Positions 42,918 to 53,416 of a stretch of 59,503 nucleotides of DNA are shown one piece after another. The translations under genes and the position numbers were made by a program. Source of the DNA: Lentisphaeria bacterium (lineage in GTDB: Bacteria > Verrucomicrobiota > Lentisphaeria > JABSQK01). Numbering within the stretch: position 1 is the stretch's first letter; each line of letters opens with the position of its first letter. The DNA is taken from assembly GCA_013215875.1 (NCBI GenBank), contig JABSQK010000002.1:1-59503 (forward strand). The letters are read 5' to 3'. The notes beneath the pieces are model-generated. The model saw only the letters and a program-made list of their open reading frames with translations, made no database searches and was not told the origin of the DNA.

Positions 42918-43000
42918 CGATTACCTGTATTTAAATGAGTATATATAGTTTTACTTTATTATGCTTAAACTTATTCGCGAATCCATAGTCCAAATTATCT

Positions 43001-43952
43001 TCACAGTGGATATCCATATTTCTCCAATGGTAAGTTTAGATTCTCCACCAACCAGCGATGTCTATCGCGACTCGCATCGGACAGCTCTTTTATCAACTGC
43101 TCAGTTAGTTCTACTTTTGCGGAGGGGCCCAACCCGGGCTTCCAACGCTTTCCTTCGACGCTGAATTGAACTATATGAGTGCAGCGCTCTACCTAATAAT
43201 GATGATTGGATTTTGCGCATGTAAGAAAGTTGCGGGTCGCTCAATCGTGGATAAAGATGTTTGCCCAGAGCCAGTGATACGCCAATTTCGGAATCAATCC
43301 CTATAAACTCACAAATAGATTGGTAATATGCTTTTGGATTTTCTTGCAACTCCTCGTATAAAAAAACGCCAACATTTTCACGCCCTAACTCATTAATAGT
43401 GTTTTTGATACACTCACTATATTTCAATAAAGCATTATTAAACCTGGACATTCTATTCTTGTACCATACCTCAATCTCAGCATAGCTTTGTGGATCCAAC
43501 CAATTATGTTTTTGCCAAAGAAAATCTTCGTGCAGATTTTGCAAGTACAAGGAAGGCATCAGGAATAAGGGATTTCTCAGGGTGATCATGATTCGACAGC
43601 CACCAAAGATCGCTTTACACCTATTCAGTGTTTCCATTTGCCTCTTTATGGGTCGGCAGCCAAGGCTTTCCCAGGAACCAACAAAAACTTGATCCTTAGA
43701 AATTGTTGGTAATAAGGTATCTTGAAAGAGGGATAAAGTCTCTTTCGTATCCATTGGCTTTTTCACGTCCCATAAAATAGGTTTAAGAATTCTATAGGTG
43801 ATATCATCGAGACAATTTTTCTTTATCTTCTTGTGCTTGACGGCCTTTCCCAAATAATGAATCTGAGGATGTCTGAGAAAAAGAGTCTCCTGAAGTGTTG
43901 TTGACGCTGTTTTTTGTAAGCCTATATGCAGATGCAAAGGTGTATTGTTCAT
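43001..43952 (-). pseudogene. Frameshifted sulfotransferase (main array); translated ORF ends at 43101
   Basis: The family C-terminus GPSAKVELTEQLIKELSDASRDRHRWLVENLNLPLEKYGYPL* lies in another frame ending at TGA 43001. The span is 952 bp versus 954 bp for its neighbours, i.e. a 2-nt deletion near 43128-43130. Confidence 0.85.
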
Positions 43953-44015
43953 CGAGATTCACCATTATTTATTATGACGTATGGTTCTCTAGAACTGAGA
44001 GAGCCAAAGGACTCT

Positions 44016-44969
44016 TTAAAGTGGGTAACCATGCGTCTCCAGGGGAAGATCGAGCTTCTCTACTAACCAGCGATGTCCATCACGACTCGCATCGGACACC
44101 TCTTTTATCAACTGCTCTGTTAGTACTACTTTTGCGGGAGGACCGCCAAGCAGTGCTTCCATCCTTTTCCTTCTACGCTCAAGGGAACTATATGAGTGCA
44201 GCATGCGTCCTAAAAGTGACGATTTCGTTTTACGCATATATGCAAGTTGGGCTTCGCTTAGTCGAGGGTTAGAATGTATGTCTTGGGTAAGTGAAACACC
44301 CATTTCGGGATCAATCCCCATGAACTCACAAATCGATTGGTAATAAGCGTTTGGGTTTTCCTGTAAATCTTCGAATAAGAAAATACCAACATTCTCTCGT
44401 CCAAGCTGCTCAATCGAGCTGCGGATACACTCAGAGTAATTGAGCAACGGATTCTTACTTATCATTTCACACTTTCTGTACCATCCCTCAATATCTTCAT
44501 AAGTTTCGGAGTCCATCCACCCATTATTTTGCCGCAGAAAATTTCCACGTAAGTTTTGTAGATATAAAGAAGGAAGTTGAATCAAGGGGTTTCGCAAGGT
44601 GATCATGATTCGACAAGCACCAAATATAGCTTTCGTTCTAGTGAGCATTTCCAGATGGTTCTCTGTCGTTTTGTGACCAAGGTTTTCCCAGGACCCCATG
44701 AGAACTCGGTCCTTAGGAACCAGAGGCAATAACGATTCATGAAAGAGTGACAATGTCGCTTCTGTATCCATTGGTTTATCCAGGTCCCACAGAACCGGAT
44801 TAAGAACTCTGTAGCTTATATCATCAAGACAAGCTTTTTGTATATGTTCATTACCGATTACTTTTCCTAAATAATGGACTTGAGGGTGTTTGAGAAAAAG
44901 TGTCTCTTGAAGTGATGTTGAGCCTGTTTTTTCCAAGCCAGTGTGTAAAAGCAACGTTGTATTATTCAT
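44016..44969 (-). CDS. Sulfotransferase-family protein (main array)
   Basis: LHTGLEKTGSTSLQ, TLRNP, LPLETHGYPL. Confidence 0.85.
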   Translation of the reverse strand: MNNTTLLLHTGLEKTGSTSLQETLFLKHPQVHYLGKVIGNEHIQKACLDDISYRVLNPVLWDLDKPMDTEATLSLFHESLLPLVPKDRVLMGSWENLGHKTTENHLEMLTRTKAIFGACRIMITLRNPLIQLPSLYLQNLRGNFLRQNNGWMDSETYEDIEGWYRKCEMISKNPLLNYSECIRSSIEQLGRENVGIFLFEDLQENPNAYYQSICEFMGIDPEMGVSLTQDIHSNPRLSEAQLAYMRKTKSSLLGRMLHSYSSLERRRKRMEALLGGPPAKVVLTEQLIKEVSDASRDGHRWLVEKLDLPLETHGYPL

Positions 44970-45047
44970 CGATTACCCACACAATAATTAAGTATAGCTG
45001 ACACTCGTGTACTTCGATTGAGAAACGAATGCACCTTTTGGAATTCT

Positions 45048-45995
45048 TTAGAGTGGATAGCCATATCTCTCCAATGGTAGATTAAGGTTCTCTACCAACC
45101 AGCGATGGCCCTCACGACTTGCATCGGATACTTTTTGTATGATATGATCAGTTAAAATTACTTTTGCAGGGGGGCCGCTTTTTTTAGCTCTCAAGGCATT
45201 TTTTCGGCTTTTGACCGAACGAAATGAATTAAGGCTTCGCTTGAAAAAAGAGGATTGAATACTATGCATGTATGTAAGTTGCTCTTCGCTCATTCGTGGA
45301 TTAACATGTTTATTTTGAGTCAATGATACCCCAATTTCGGAATCAATGCCCATGAACTCACAAATTGATTTGTAATAAGCATTTGGGTCTTCTTTTAGTT
45401 CCTCAAATAAAAAAATGCCAACATTCTCTCGCCCAAGTTGCTCTATTGAGCTTTGAATAAAATCGACGTAAGTAAATAATTTTTCATTTGACATTCGCTT
45501 GCTGAACCATGTCTCAATATCTACATAGTCATGCGAGTCAAAAATCCCCTTTTTCTGCTTCATAAAATTACCGTACAAATTTTGCAAATATAAGGAAGGC
45601 AGCCGTGATAAGGGATTTCGCAGGGTGATCATGATTCTGCAGCCACCAAAAATAGCTTGGGTTCTATTCAGCATTTCTATTTGCGCCTTTATTGCTTGGC
45701 TACCAAGGCCTTCCCAGGACCCAACAAGAATCTGATCTTCCGATACGGATGGTAATAACTTATCATGAAAAAGTGCTAAAGTCGCTTCTGTATTCATTGG
45801 TTCATCTAAATTCCACAGAATCGGATCCAGAATTCTGTAGGTAATTTCATCGAGGCACGATTTTTGTTTACTGTCATTTCCTTTAATTTTTCCTAAATAG
45901 TGGACTTGAGGATGCTTGTAAAGAAGTGTCTCTTGAAGTGTACTAGAACCTGTTTTTTCCAAGCCAACATGCAGTAGCAAAGGAGTCTCTTTCAT
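45048..45995 (-). CDS. Sulfotransferase-family protein (main array)
   Basis: LHVGLEKTGSSTLQ, TLRNP, LPLERYGYPL. Confidence 0.85.
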   Translation of the reverse strand: MKETPLLLHVGLEKTGSSTLQETLLYKHPQVHYLGKIKGNDSKQKSCLDEITYRILDPILWNLDEPMNTEATLALFHDKLLPSVSEDQILVGSWEGLGSQAIKAQIEMLNRTQAIFGGCRIMITLRNPLSRLPSLYLQNLYGNFMKQKKGIFDSHDYVDIETWFSKRMSNEKLFTYVDFIQSSIEQLGRENVGIFLFEELKEDPNAYYKSICEFMGIDSEIGVSLTQNKHVNPRMSEEQLTYMHSIQSSFFKRSLNSFRSVKSRKNALRAKKSGPPAKVILTDHIIQKVSDASREGHRWLVENLNLPLERYGYPL

Positions 45996-46058
45996 CGAGA
46001 CCCACCATTGTTTGACAAGGCGAATTGTTCACTATCACTAAGTGAGACAAGTGCTCTT

Positions 46059-47015
46059 TTAAACTGGATAACCATATTTCTCCAACGGTAGACCGAGGGT
46101 CTCTGCTAACCAGCGATGGCCATCACGACTTGTTTCGGACACCTCTTGTATCAGATGATCAGTTAAAGTTGCTTTTGCAGGGGGGCCGTTTTTTTTGTCT
46201 CTTAAGGACCTTCTTCGACTTTTATTTGTGCGCAGTGCATTCTTGCTTCGCCTTAGAAGCGACGATTGAATAGTGCGCATATAAGCAAGTTGCTCTTCAC
46301 TCAATCGTGGATTAACATGTTTGTCTTGAGCCAATGATATGCCAATTTCTGAATCAATACCCATGAATTCACAAACTGATTTGTAATAAGCTTTTGGGTT
46401 TTCTTGCAGTTCCTCAAATAGGAAAAGACCAACATTCTCTCGTCCAAGCAGCTCGATTGATCTTTGGATGCAGTAGGAATAACTCAGCAAAGGAGTCGTT
46501 GTCCTCCTCATCCTCTTTTTGTACCATATCTCAATATCTGCATAGCTTTGATATCCCATCCAGTCATTATTTTGCCAGACAAAATCTTCACGCAGGTTTT
46601 GCAGGTATAAGGAAGGCAACAGATCTAGGGGATTCCGCAGGGTGATCATGATTCGACAGTCACCAAAAATTGCCTTGCTCCGATTCAGCATTTCTATATG
46701 ATCTTTAACCGTTTTGTAAGCAAGATCTTCCCAGGACCCTACAAGAACTCGATTCTCAGAAACTGTAGGTAATAGCTCATCTTGAAAGAGAGATAAAGTC
46801 GCTTCTGTATTCATTGGATTGTTTAGGTCCCACAGAATTGGTTCCAGAATTTTGTAGGTCGTATCATCGAGACAATCTTCCTTTGTATTGTTTTTAACGC
46901 CGACAATCTTACCCAAATAGTGAACTTGTGGGTGTTTGAGAAAAAGCGCCCTTTGGAGTGTAGCTGTCCCTGTTTTAGCCAAGCCAAGGTGCAGTAGTAA
47001 AGTTGATTTATTCAT
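46059..47015 (-). CDS. Sulfotransferase-family protein (main array)
   Basis: LHLGLAKTGTATLQ, TLRNP, LPLEKYGYPV. Confidence 0.85.
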   Translation of the reverse strand: MNKSTLLLHLGLAKTGTATLQRALFLKHPQVHYLGKIVGVKNNTKEDCLDDTTYKILEPILWDLNNPMNTEATLSLFQDELLPTVSENRVLVGSWEDLAYKTVKDHIEMLNRSKAIFGDCRIMITLRNPLDLLPSLYLQNLREDFVWQNNDWMGYQSYADIEIWYKKRMRRTTTPLLSYSYCIQRSIELLGRENVGLFLFEELQENPKAYYKSVCEFMGIDSEIGISLAQDKHVNPRLSEEQLAYMRTIQSSLLRRSKNALRTNKSRRRSLRDKKNGPPAKATLTDHLIQEVSETSRDGHRWLAETLGLPLEKYGYPV

Positions 47016-47096
47016 CGATGACCTGCACAGTAAATAGTGCGTGTGTTTAATCTATTATGTTTCGCTTGATAAGCGCAAGCATTTTCAAACCTGTCT

Positions 47097-48050
47097 TTAA
47101 AGTGGATATCCATATTTCTCCAATGGTAAATCAAGCTTCTCCACTAACCAGCGATGGCCTTCACGAGATGCATTGGACACTTCTTTTATCAAATGGTCCG
47201 GTAAGACTGCTTTCGCCGATGATCCCCCCGCTCTTGCACTGAAACCCTTTCTTCGGCTCTTACGCGAGAGAAGTGCATTAAGACCTCTCTTAAAAAACGA
47301 GGAATGAATTTCGTGCATGTAAGTAACCTGCATTTCACTCAACCTTATATTAAAATGTTCGTCCTGGGTAAGTGATGCACCAATATCAGAATCAATACCC
47401 ATAAACTTGCAAATTGATTGATAATACGCTTTTGGGTTTTCTTTTAGTTCCTCAAATAGAAAAACGCCAACATTCTCTCGTCCAAGCTGCTCAATAGATT
47501 TGCGGATGCAGTCAGAATAATTAAGTAAAGAACTATTTTTTTCTGCTAAGCGCATCTTGTACCATGTCTCAATATCGATATTACTTCGATACCTCATTCT
47601 TATTTTCTGACGCCCGAGGAAATTTCCCTGCAAGTTTTGCAAGTAGAGTGACGGTATCTGAAATATGGGATTTCGCAGGGTAATCATGATTCGACAGCCT
47701 CCAAATATAGACTGAGTCCTATTCAACATTTCATGATGATGTTTAATACCTTGGCTGGCCAGACTTTCCCAGGACCCCACGAGAACCTGATCTTCAGAAA
47801 TCAATGGTAATAAGGTCTCATTCAAGAGTGATAAAGTTGATTCTGTATTCATTGGCTTCTCCAGATCCCACAATATCGATTTAAGAAGTCTATAGGTTTT
47901 ATCATCTACACACCCTCTTTTTATTGAATTGTTAACTTCGACCTTTCCTAAATAGTGAACTTGTGGATGATTGAAAAATAATGCGCGTTGCAGTGTTCTC
48001 GAACCTGTTTTTTGTAAGCCAATGTGCAGTAGCAAGCTTTTATTGCTCAT
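47097..48050 (-). CDS. Sulfotransferase-family protein (main array); start moved to ATG 48050
   Basis: MSNKSLLLHIGLQKTGSRTLQ. Starting at 48050 gives 317 aa like the paralogs. Confidence 0.85.
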   Translation of the reverse strand: MSNKSLLLHIGLQKTGSRTLQRALFFNHPQVHYLGKVEVNNSIKRGCVDDKTYRLLKSILWDLEKPMNTESTLSLLNETLLPLISEDQVLVGSWESLASQGIKHHHEMLNRTQSIFGGCRIMITLRNPIFQIPSLYLQNLQGNFLGRQKIRMRYRSNIDIETWYKMRLAEKNSSLLNYSDCIRKSIEQLGRENVGVFLFEELKENPKAYYQSICKFMGIDSDIGASLTQDEHFNIRLSEMQVTYMHEIHSSFFKRGLNALLSRKSRRKGFSARAGGSSAKAVLPDHLIKEVSNASREGHRWLVEKLDLPLEKYGYPL

Positions 48051-48199
48051 TTTTCTGATCCATTTTTTCCTTTTCAAGCTGGAGCCCCATTAGCACTACT
48101 AGATAATCTGTATATGATTTTATATCAAAACGACGGTACACCTAAATAGTCTCCAAGCGGAATAGTTCAACGTAGACATTGGGTGAGTCAAGTAGGACT

Positions 48200-49156
48200 T
48201 CAGAGTGGATATCCATATTTCTCCAATGGTAGCTTGAGGTTCTCTACTAACCAGCGATGGCCATCACGACAGGTATCGGAAACCTCTTGAACCAGACGCT
48301 CTGTCAGAACTACTTTTGCTGGGGGCCCGCTTTTTTTGGCTCTTAAAGCCTTTCTCCGACTCTTACAAACGCTAAATGAGTTACGAGTTCGTTTCAAAAA
48401 CGACGATTGAACTTCCCGCATATAAACAAGTTGGTCTTCACTCATTCTTGGATGAAGATGTTCGTCCTTAGCAAGTGATACGCCAATTTTGGAATCAATA
48501 TCCATGAACTCACATACAGATTGGTAATAGTCATTTGGGTTTTCGTGCAATTCCTCGAATAAGAAAATACCAACATTCTCTCGCCCAAGCTCTTTAATCG
48601 AGCTCTGAATACAGTCGATGTAATCCAGTAAAGGATTTTGGGTCCTTGCGATCCTCTTTCGGTACCATATCTCAATGTCGGCATAGCTTTTTGAGCTCAT
48701 CCAGTAATTATTTTGTTCGATAAAATCTTCACGCAAGTTTTGCAAGTATAAAGAAGGCAATAAAGATATTGGATTACGCAATGCAATCATGATACGACAG
48801 CCGCCAAAGATTGCCTTGCACCTGTTGAGCATTTCAATATGATCTTCAACTGTTCTATGACCAAGGTCTTCCCAGGATCCTACAATAACCTGACCCTCAG
48901 AAACTGATGGTAATAAGGACTCATTAAAAAGAGATAATGTGCTTTCTGTTTTCATAGGCTTTCCCAGATTCCACAGAATCGGATTAAGGACTTTGTAGCT
49001 TACATCATCGAGACATTTTCTTTTTGTTTTATTAGCGCTTCCAACTACCTTTCCCAAATAATGCACTTGGGGGTGTTTGAGAAAAATCGTTTCTTGAAGT
49101 GTTGATGTGGCAGTTTTAGCCAAGCCAATATGGAGCAGTAAAGGTGTTTCTTTCAT
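48200..49156 (-). CDS. Sulfotransferase-family protein (first of main array)
   Basis: LHIGLAKTATSTLQ, ALRNP; ATGA overlap with the upstream gene. Confidence 0.85.
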   Translation of the reverse strand: MKETPLLLHIGLAKTATSTLQETIFLKHPQVHYLGKVVGSANKTKRKCLDDVSYKVLNPILWNLGKPMKTESTLSLFNESLLPSVSEGQVIVGSWEDLGHRTVEDHIEMLNRCKAIFGGCRIMIALRNPISLLPSLYLQNLREDFIEQNNYWMSSKSYADIEIWYRKRIARTQNPLLDYIDCIQSSIKELGRENVGIFLFEELHENPNDYYQSVCEFMDIDSKIGVSLAKDEHLHPRMSEDQLVYMREVQSSFLKRTRNSFSVCKSRRKALRAKKSGPPAKVVLTERLVQEVSDTCRDGHRWLVENLKLPLEKYGYPL

Positions 49157-50157
49157 TGGATCTCTCTAAAATAACCATGCTTTTTTAGCTGAAGATTAAA
49201 CACCTCTTCAATCCAATGATTTCCTTTCTCGGTAGCCGTAAAAATTTTGTTTTTCCATTCATCTGACATGGGTGCTTTGGCCTTTGGGCTATCAATCATT
49301 GAGGCATTGTTGCCTTTCATGGATAGCATTTTTTTACGATTGCGCTTGTTCGCAAACCTGTATTTCAGTGATTTTATGTTGGACGTTTGAATGTTTTTTA
49401 AAGCATTGATTTGTGCCTCAGTCCATCGGCTATTGTCAACTTTTTCATCCATTAGTTTTATCCCCTCATCAGCATTGATGCTCATAGTATCGCAAATGCT
49501 CTGATAAAATTGTATTTTGTCTTCAACTAAATCTTCGAATAGAAACACCTTTATATTCTCCAAGCCAAATTGCTCAATGTAGGCTTGAAGTGTCACGGCA
49601 TATTCCAAGTGAGGTTGAATTTCTGTATATTCTGTTTCAAGCCATGCATCAATTGAACAATAGAATGGCGGGCGGCCGATTTTGTAATTCATTCCAGTAT
49701 TCTCTCTTATTAAATATTGGAAATAAGCGGATTCTAAAAGTGATATGGGGTTTCTTAATGTCATAATGATCGTTGCTTCACCAAAGAGCTGCTTCAAGTT
49801 CCGAGCCCGTATGCGTCTTTTAGCCAATGAATCTGTCGAATATGATTCCCATGACCATACAGGAAGCAGGTTCTTCTCCCTGGCTGGAGCGAGTAGCTCC
49901 TGCAGAAGTTCCTTGCATTCAGCATAATCCGGATTGAATATATCCTCATAAGCAATTTGATTCATTATTTTTTGCACCAGTTCGTTACGGCCATTCTCAA
50001 ACTTCTGATACTCCTTAAAGAGATGGCCGTCATAGCGGCCAAGATAAAAAATTTCACTATGGCAGGCAAAAAGCCGCCATTGCAATGTTTTGGTTGCTGT
50101 TTTTGGCAGGCCGATATGAATGATAGGAATTCGGGCAGTGTCTATAACCTTACTCAC
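49153..50157 (-). CDS. Divergent lead sulfotransferase-family protein
   Basis: IHIGLPKTATKTLQ, WSWE, TLRNP..LLESAY, VFLFEDL, KHGYF; GTGA overlap with the ABC gene stop. Confidence 0.85.
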   Translation of the reverse strand: MSKVIDTARIPIIHIGLPKTATKTLQWRLFACHSEIFYLGRYDGHLFKEYQKFENGRNELVQKIMNQIAYEDIFNPDYAECKELLQELLAPAREKNLLPVWSWESYSTDSLAKRRIRARNLKQLFGEATIIMTLRNPISLLESAYFQYLIRENTGMNYKIGRPPFYCSIDAWLETEYTEIQPHLEYAVTLQAYIEQFGLENIKVFLFEDLVEDKIQFYQSICDTMSINADEGIKLMDEKVDNSRWTEAQINALKNIQTSNIKSLKYRFANKRNRKKMLSMKGNNASMIDSPKAKAPMSDEWKNKIFTATEKGNHWIEEVFNLQLKKHGYFREIQ

Positions 50158-51956
50158 TTACTATAATCTTTATTTTGCTGTTCGAACATTGAACTATAAT
50201 AGCCTTCCATTAAAATTAAGTCATCATGCGTACCGTCTTCCACTATAATTCCCTCATCTATGACCAGAATTCTATCTGCTTTTCTAATCGTTGATAACTT
50301 ATGAGAGACAAAAATAACTGTTCGATCACTAGCGAAACACTTAATCGCATGAAACATTGTTTTCTCTGCCTCTGCATCCAAACTGGCGGTTGGTTCATCA
50401 AGGATCAATATGGAATCTTTTCTCGCTAATGCTCTGGTAATTGCTAATAGCTGCCATTGCCCGGTAGAGATGGTAACCTCACCATATAATCGACCTAAAT
50501 GTGTATCCATACCGCTGGGAAGGTCTTTTACAAAACCGATAATTCCAGTCTCATCTGCTAGTTTTTGAACTTTAACCGGGTCGTCTTTTAGTTTATGCCA
50601 GTCGCCAAATGCAATATTTTCCTGGACCGTAGCCTCAAATTGCACTGGGCGCTGAAAACACAAGGCGATATGATCATGTAGCCACCTTAAGGAAAGATCT
50701 TTTATATTATTTCCATCTATGTGAATTGTACCGTTGTCTGCTTCATAGAGACGCGCAATTAGCTTGATTAATGTTGTCTTACCGGCTCCATTTCTTCCAA
50801 CAATTGCAACCTTTTGTCCCGCCGGAATTTCGAGAGAAAGCTTATCGATTACAGGATGCAGGGATCCTGGGTAAGAAAATTCCAGATCTTTAAATGAAAT
50901 ATTGCCATTCAACGACTCTGGACATAAGCCCCCTTCATCAGAAATTTTCGGTTCCTCACTAAGAAACTCAAGAAGTGGAATGATTCGTAACGCTGATTCT
51001 GCACCCGAAGCTAACGATTTTGAAATCTGTGTATTGCTTTTTAAAGCACGGAAGGATGCCAGAAGAAATGCAACAATAACAGCTGCTTCAAGCATCCCAT
51101 TCTCAAACTTGTTTGCCAACCAGCTGATTACAGAAAGTAAAATAAGCAGGTAGAAAATAATCGCAGCTGTAAGTTTCAGAGTAATTGTTATTAATATTTT
51201 TTGTTTTTCCTGAATGATTTCGCGAGCAGTTGTCTCAAAGCGCCCTATCATCTCAGCTGCCAAATTCAATAACTTTGTAGACGTTACACTTGCAGAGCCA
51301 GTCAATAATGATGTATAATACCCACTCAGACGTTTACCCTCGGTTCTTTTTACGTCGATATTAAATTTCTGAAGAGAACTCAAACAACGTATTATTATGA
51401 GTGGCAGACCAGCGAGGAATAAATAGAATGCCATCAACGGACTCAGATAAAACATCAGACTAAAAAGCGAGCCTAATTGAATAAGTCCACCAGCACAAGA
51501 GAGCGCGCATTGAATGGGGCCAAATGCGCTCTTTCCTCCTGCAGCACGAAAGAGCAGATTTAGTGACTCCTTCGTCTCAAAAAAAACGAGGTCCATTCGT
51601 GAGGTTTGTTTAAATAATACTTTCTGAAGCAAAAAAGCTGTTTCTTCAGCAAGTCGAGTTCGACTAAATGCACGGATTTCTTTCAAAATAAGTTCCAGGG
51701 CCAGTAGTGCTATGGCAATCCCCATCAATAGGGGAAGAGGCTGGTCGCTAAATGGAATTTTAGTTGTGGACTTAAATTTAGCTACAATTATCCCAATTGT
51801 AGCCGTAAAGGCGACAGGGATTAACGCTTCCAGTAAAAAACACGTAATAACCGAAGCTAAGAGCTTGCCCGATGCCTGCCGTGTAATGGTGTAGGACCAA
51901 ACCACTGCTTTACGCAAATCTTTTAAAAGTGCTTTATTTATCTTAACAACAGACAT
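50154..51956 (-). CDS. ABC exporter, fused TMD-NBD (MsbA/MdlB-like)
   Basis: Multi-TM N-terminus, Walker A GRNGAGKTT, signature ISTGQWQ, Walker B ILILDEPT, H-loop VSHK. Confidence 0.92.
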   Translation of the reverse strand: MSVVKINKALLKDLRKAVVWSYTITRQASGKLLASVITCFLLEALIPVAFTATIGIIVAKFKSTTKIPFSDQPLPLLMGIAIALLALELILKEIRAFSRTRLAEETAFLLQKVLFKQTSRMDLVFFETKESLNLLFRAAGGKSAFGPIQCALSCAGGLIQLGSLFSLMFYLSPLMAFYLFLAGLPLIIIRCLSSLQKFNIDVKRTEGKRLSGYYTSLLTGSASVTSTKLLNLAAEMIGRFETTAREIIQEKQKILITITLKLTAAIIFYLLILLSVISWLANKFENGMLEAAVIVAFLLASFRALKSNTQISKSLASGAESALRIIPLLEFLSEEPKISDEGGLCPESLNGNISFKDLEFSYPGSLHPVIDKLSLEIPAGQKVAIVGRNGAGKTTLIKLIARLYEADNGTIHIDGNNIKDLSLRWLHDHIALCFQRPVQFEATVQENIAFGDWHKLKDDPVKVQKLADETGIIGFVKDLPSGMDTHLGRLYGEVTISTGQWQLLAITRALARKDSILILDEPTASLDAEAEKTMFHAIKCFASDRTVIFVSHKLSTIRKADRILVIDEGIIVEDGTHDDLILMEGYYSSMFEQQNKDYSK

Positions 51957-52367
51957 AATATTTACATGATAACTTTCGTTTAATTGCCGACGGGAAGACT
52001 GGTGAGCTACAGACTTGCCTTCAAACGGTGCAAATTCCTCATTTTATGATTCAAGCAAGATGGAACAAGCACTGGCATTTATTGCTTGCCTGGCATTTTT
52101 TACATACAGGATCATACAGTAAAAAAAGTAAATAGCAATCCTGATTCGGACTGACTATCACTAATATTTCAAGTGAGTTTCATACCCTCAGGACAGAGCC
52201 AAATATCTAAAACAAGTGGAAATTATGGCAATGCCCATATGCCATTTTTTAAAACTTTGAATGGAGCGCTTTGATATACATCCATTCTAAGTTGCAATCC
52301 GCCTTTGGACAATACTTGTATTTAAAATACTGAGTTATATCTTTCTGTTTGAATAAGATCAAAATGA

Positions 52368-53204
52368 GTGAGTGAAATCAATAAACTTCGAAAAAAACTA
52401 AAGCGCCTAAAAAGACCTATTAAAAAGTGGTATCGTAAAAAAATGCGGCCAAAAAAGGGATCGATTAACTGGTACCGTAGCATACTTGGTTTGGCCCAAA
52501 CACTCCGCTCTTTAAGGCATATTCTTTCAGGGCAATCAAAAGTTTATAAATTTAAGTGTGCAGATCTCAACTACCCTTTATTTCTTAGAATTCCGAGTAC
52601 AGATGTGACTATTTACTGGCATATATTCAAACGAAAAGAGTATGAATTTAGCATAAAAAAGGCGCCTGAATTCATTATTGATGCAGGGGCAAATATTGGT
52701 TTGGCAGCCATATTTTTTACACATAAATTTCCTAATGCGACCATTATTGCATTAGAACCAGAAACCGAAAATTTTGATTTATTGAAAAAGAATAGTGAGG
52801 GCTATTCGAATATCATCCCGTTAAAAGCAGCCCTATGGGATAGTGAAGGAACACTTAATTTATCAGACCCTGGGTCAGGAAATTGGGGGTTCAGGGTAAG
52901 TGAGGATCACAATGAATGCACGATAGATAGTACCCAAAGCGTAACTGTGAAAGGTTTAATGGAAAAATATGATAGATCGATGATTGATATTTTGAAGCTT
53001 GATATAGAAGGTGCTGAGGTAGAGGTTCTTTCTTCCTCTAAGAGCTGGCTTCCATATGTGGAAACAATAATAGTAGAATTGCATGACCGATTTAAACCAG
53101 GATGCACTAAAGCTTACCAATCTGTAAAAGTGAATTATAAGCAGAATTGGAAATGTGGTGAAAATTATTATCTCAGCAGGGGTAATATTTTTCCTTCTCT
53201 ATGA
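52368..53204 (+). CDS. FkbM-family SAM-dependent methyltransferase
   Basis: IIDAGANIG, ALEP, ILKLDIEGAE, IVELHDR. Confidence 0.88.
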   Translation: MSEINKLRKKLKRLKRPIKKWYRKKMRPKKGSINWYRSILGLAQTLRSLRHILSGQSKVYKFKCADLNYPLFLRIPSTDVTIYWHIFKRKEYEFSIKKAPEFIIDAGANIGLAAIFFTHKFPNATIIALEPETENFDLLKKNSEGYSNIIPLKAALWDSEGTLNLSDPGSGNWGFRVSEDHNECTIDSTQSVTVKGLMEKYDRSMIDILKLDIEGAEVEVLSSSKSWLPYVETIIVELHDRFKPGCTKAYQSVKVNYKQNWKCGENYYLSRGNIFPSL

Positions 53205-53416
53205 GCTGACTATTTAAGCCTGGAAAGCTATTTAGCTCCTGAACTGAAACTATAACAGTGCTCACGTCTGGATAAATCGAGGTAATTTGCATTTTCGTCA
53301 AAAAAGGGTATGGCATTCATGCTGCAAAGATTCAAAGTTTTGGAGAATATAGAGCCTTCTCTTTAATTCACCATAATTGATGAGGTAAATTGCGAAATTA
53401 GTGTTACTTTTGAGCT

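Noticed and set aside
48051-48077. N-terminal extension MKRKKWIRK on ST 47097-48077
   Set aside because: Paralog alignment and the 954-bp length favour ATG 48050.
41964-49156. Integron cassette array or diversity-generating retroelement
   Set aside because: No integrase or reverse transcriptase, no attC-like inverted repeats recognised in the spacers, and all units are paralogs of one gene.
35763-49156. CRISPR-like periodic repeats
   Set aside because: The recurrent 20-30-mers are conserved coding blocks at about 1-kb period, not repeat-spacer units.
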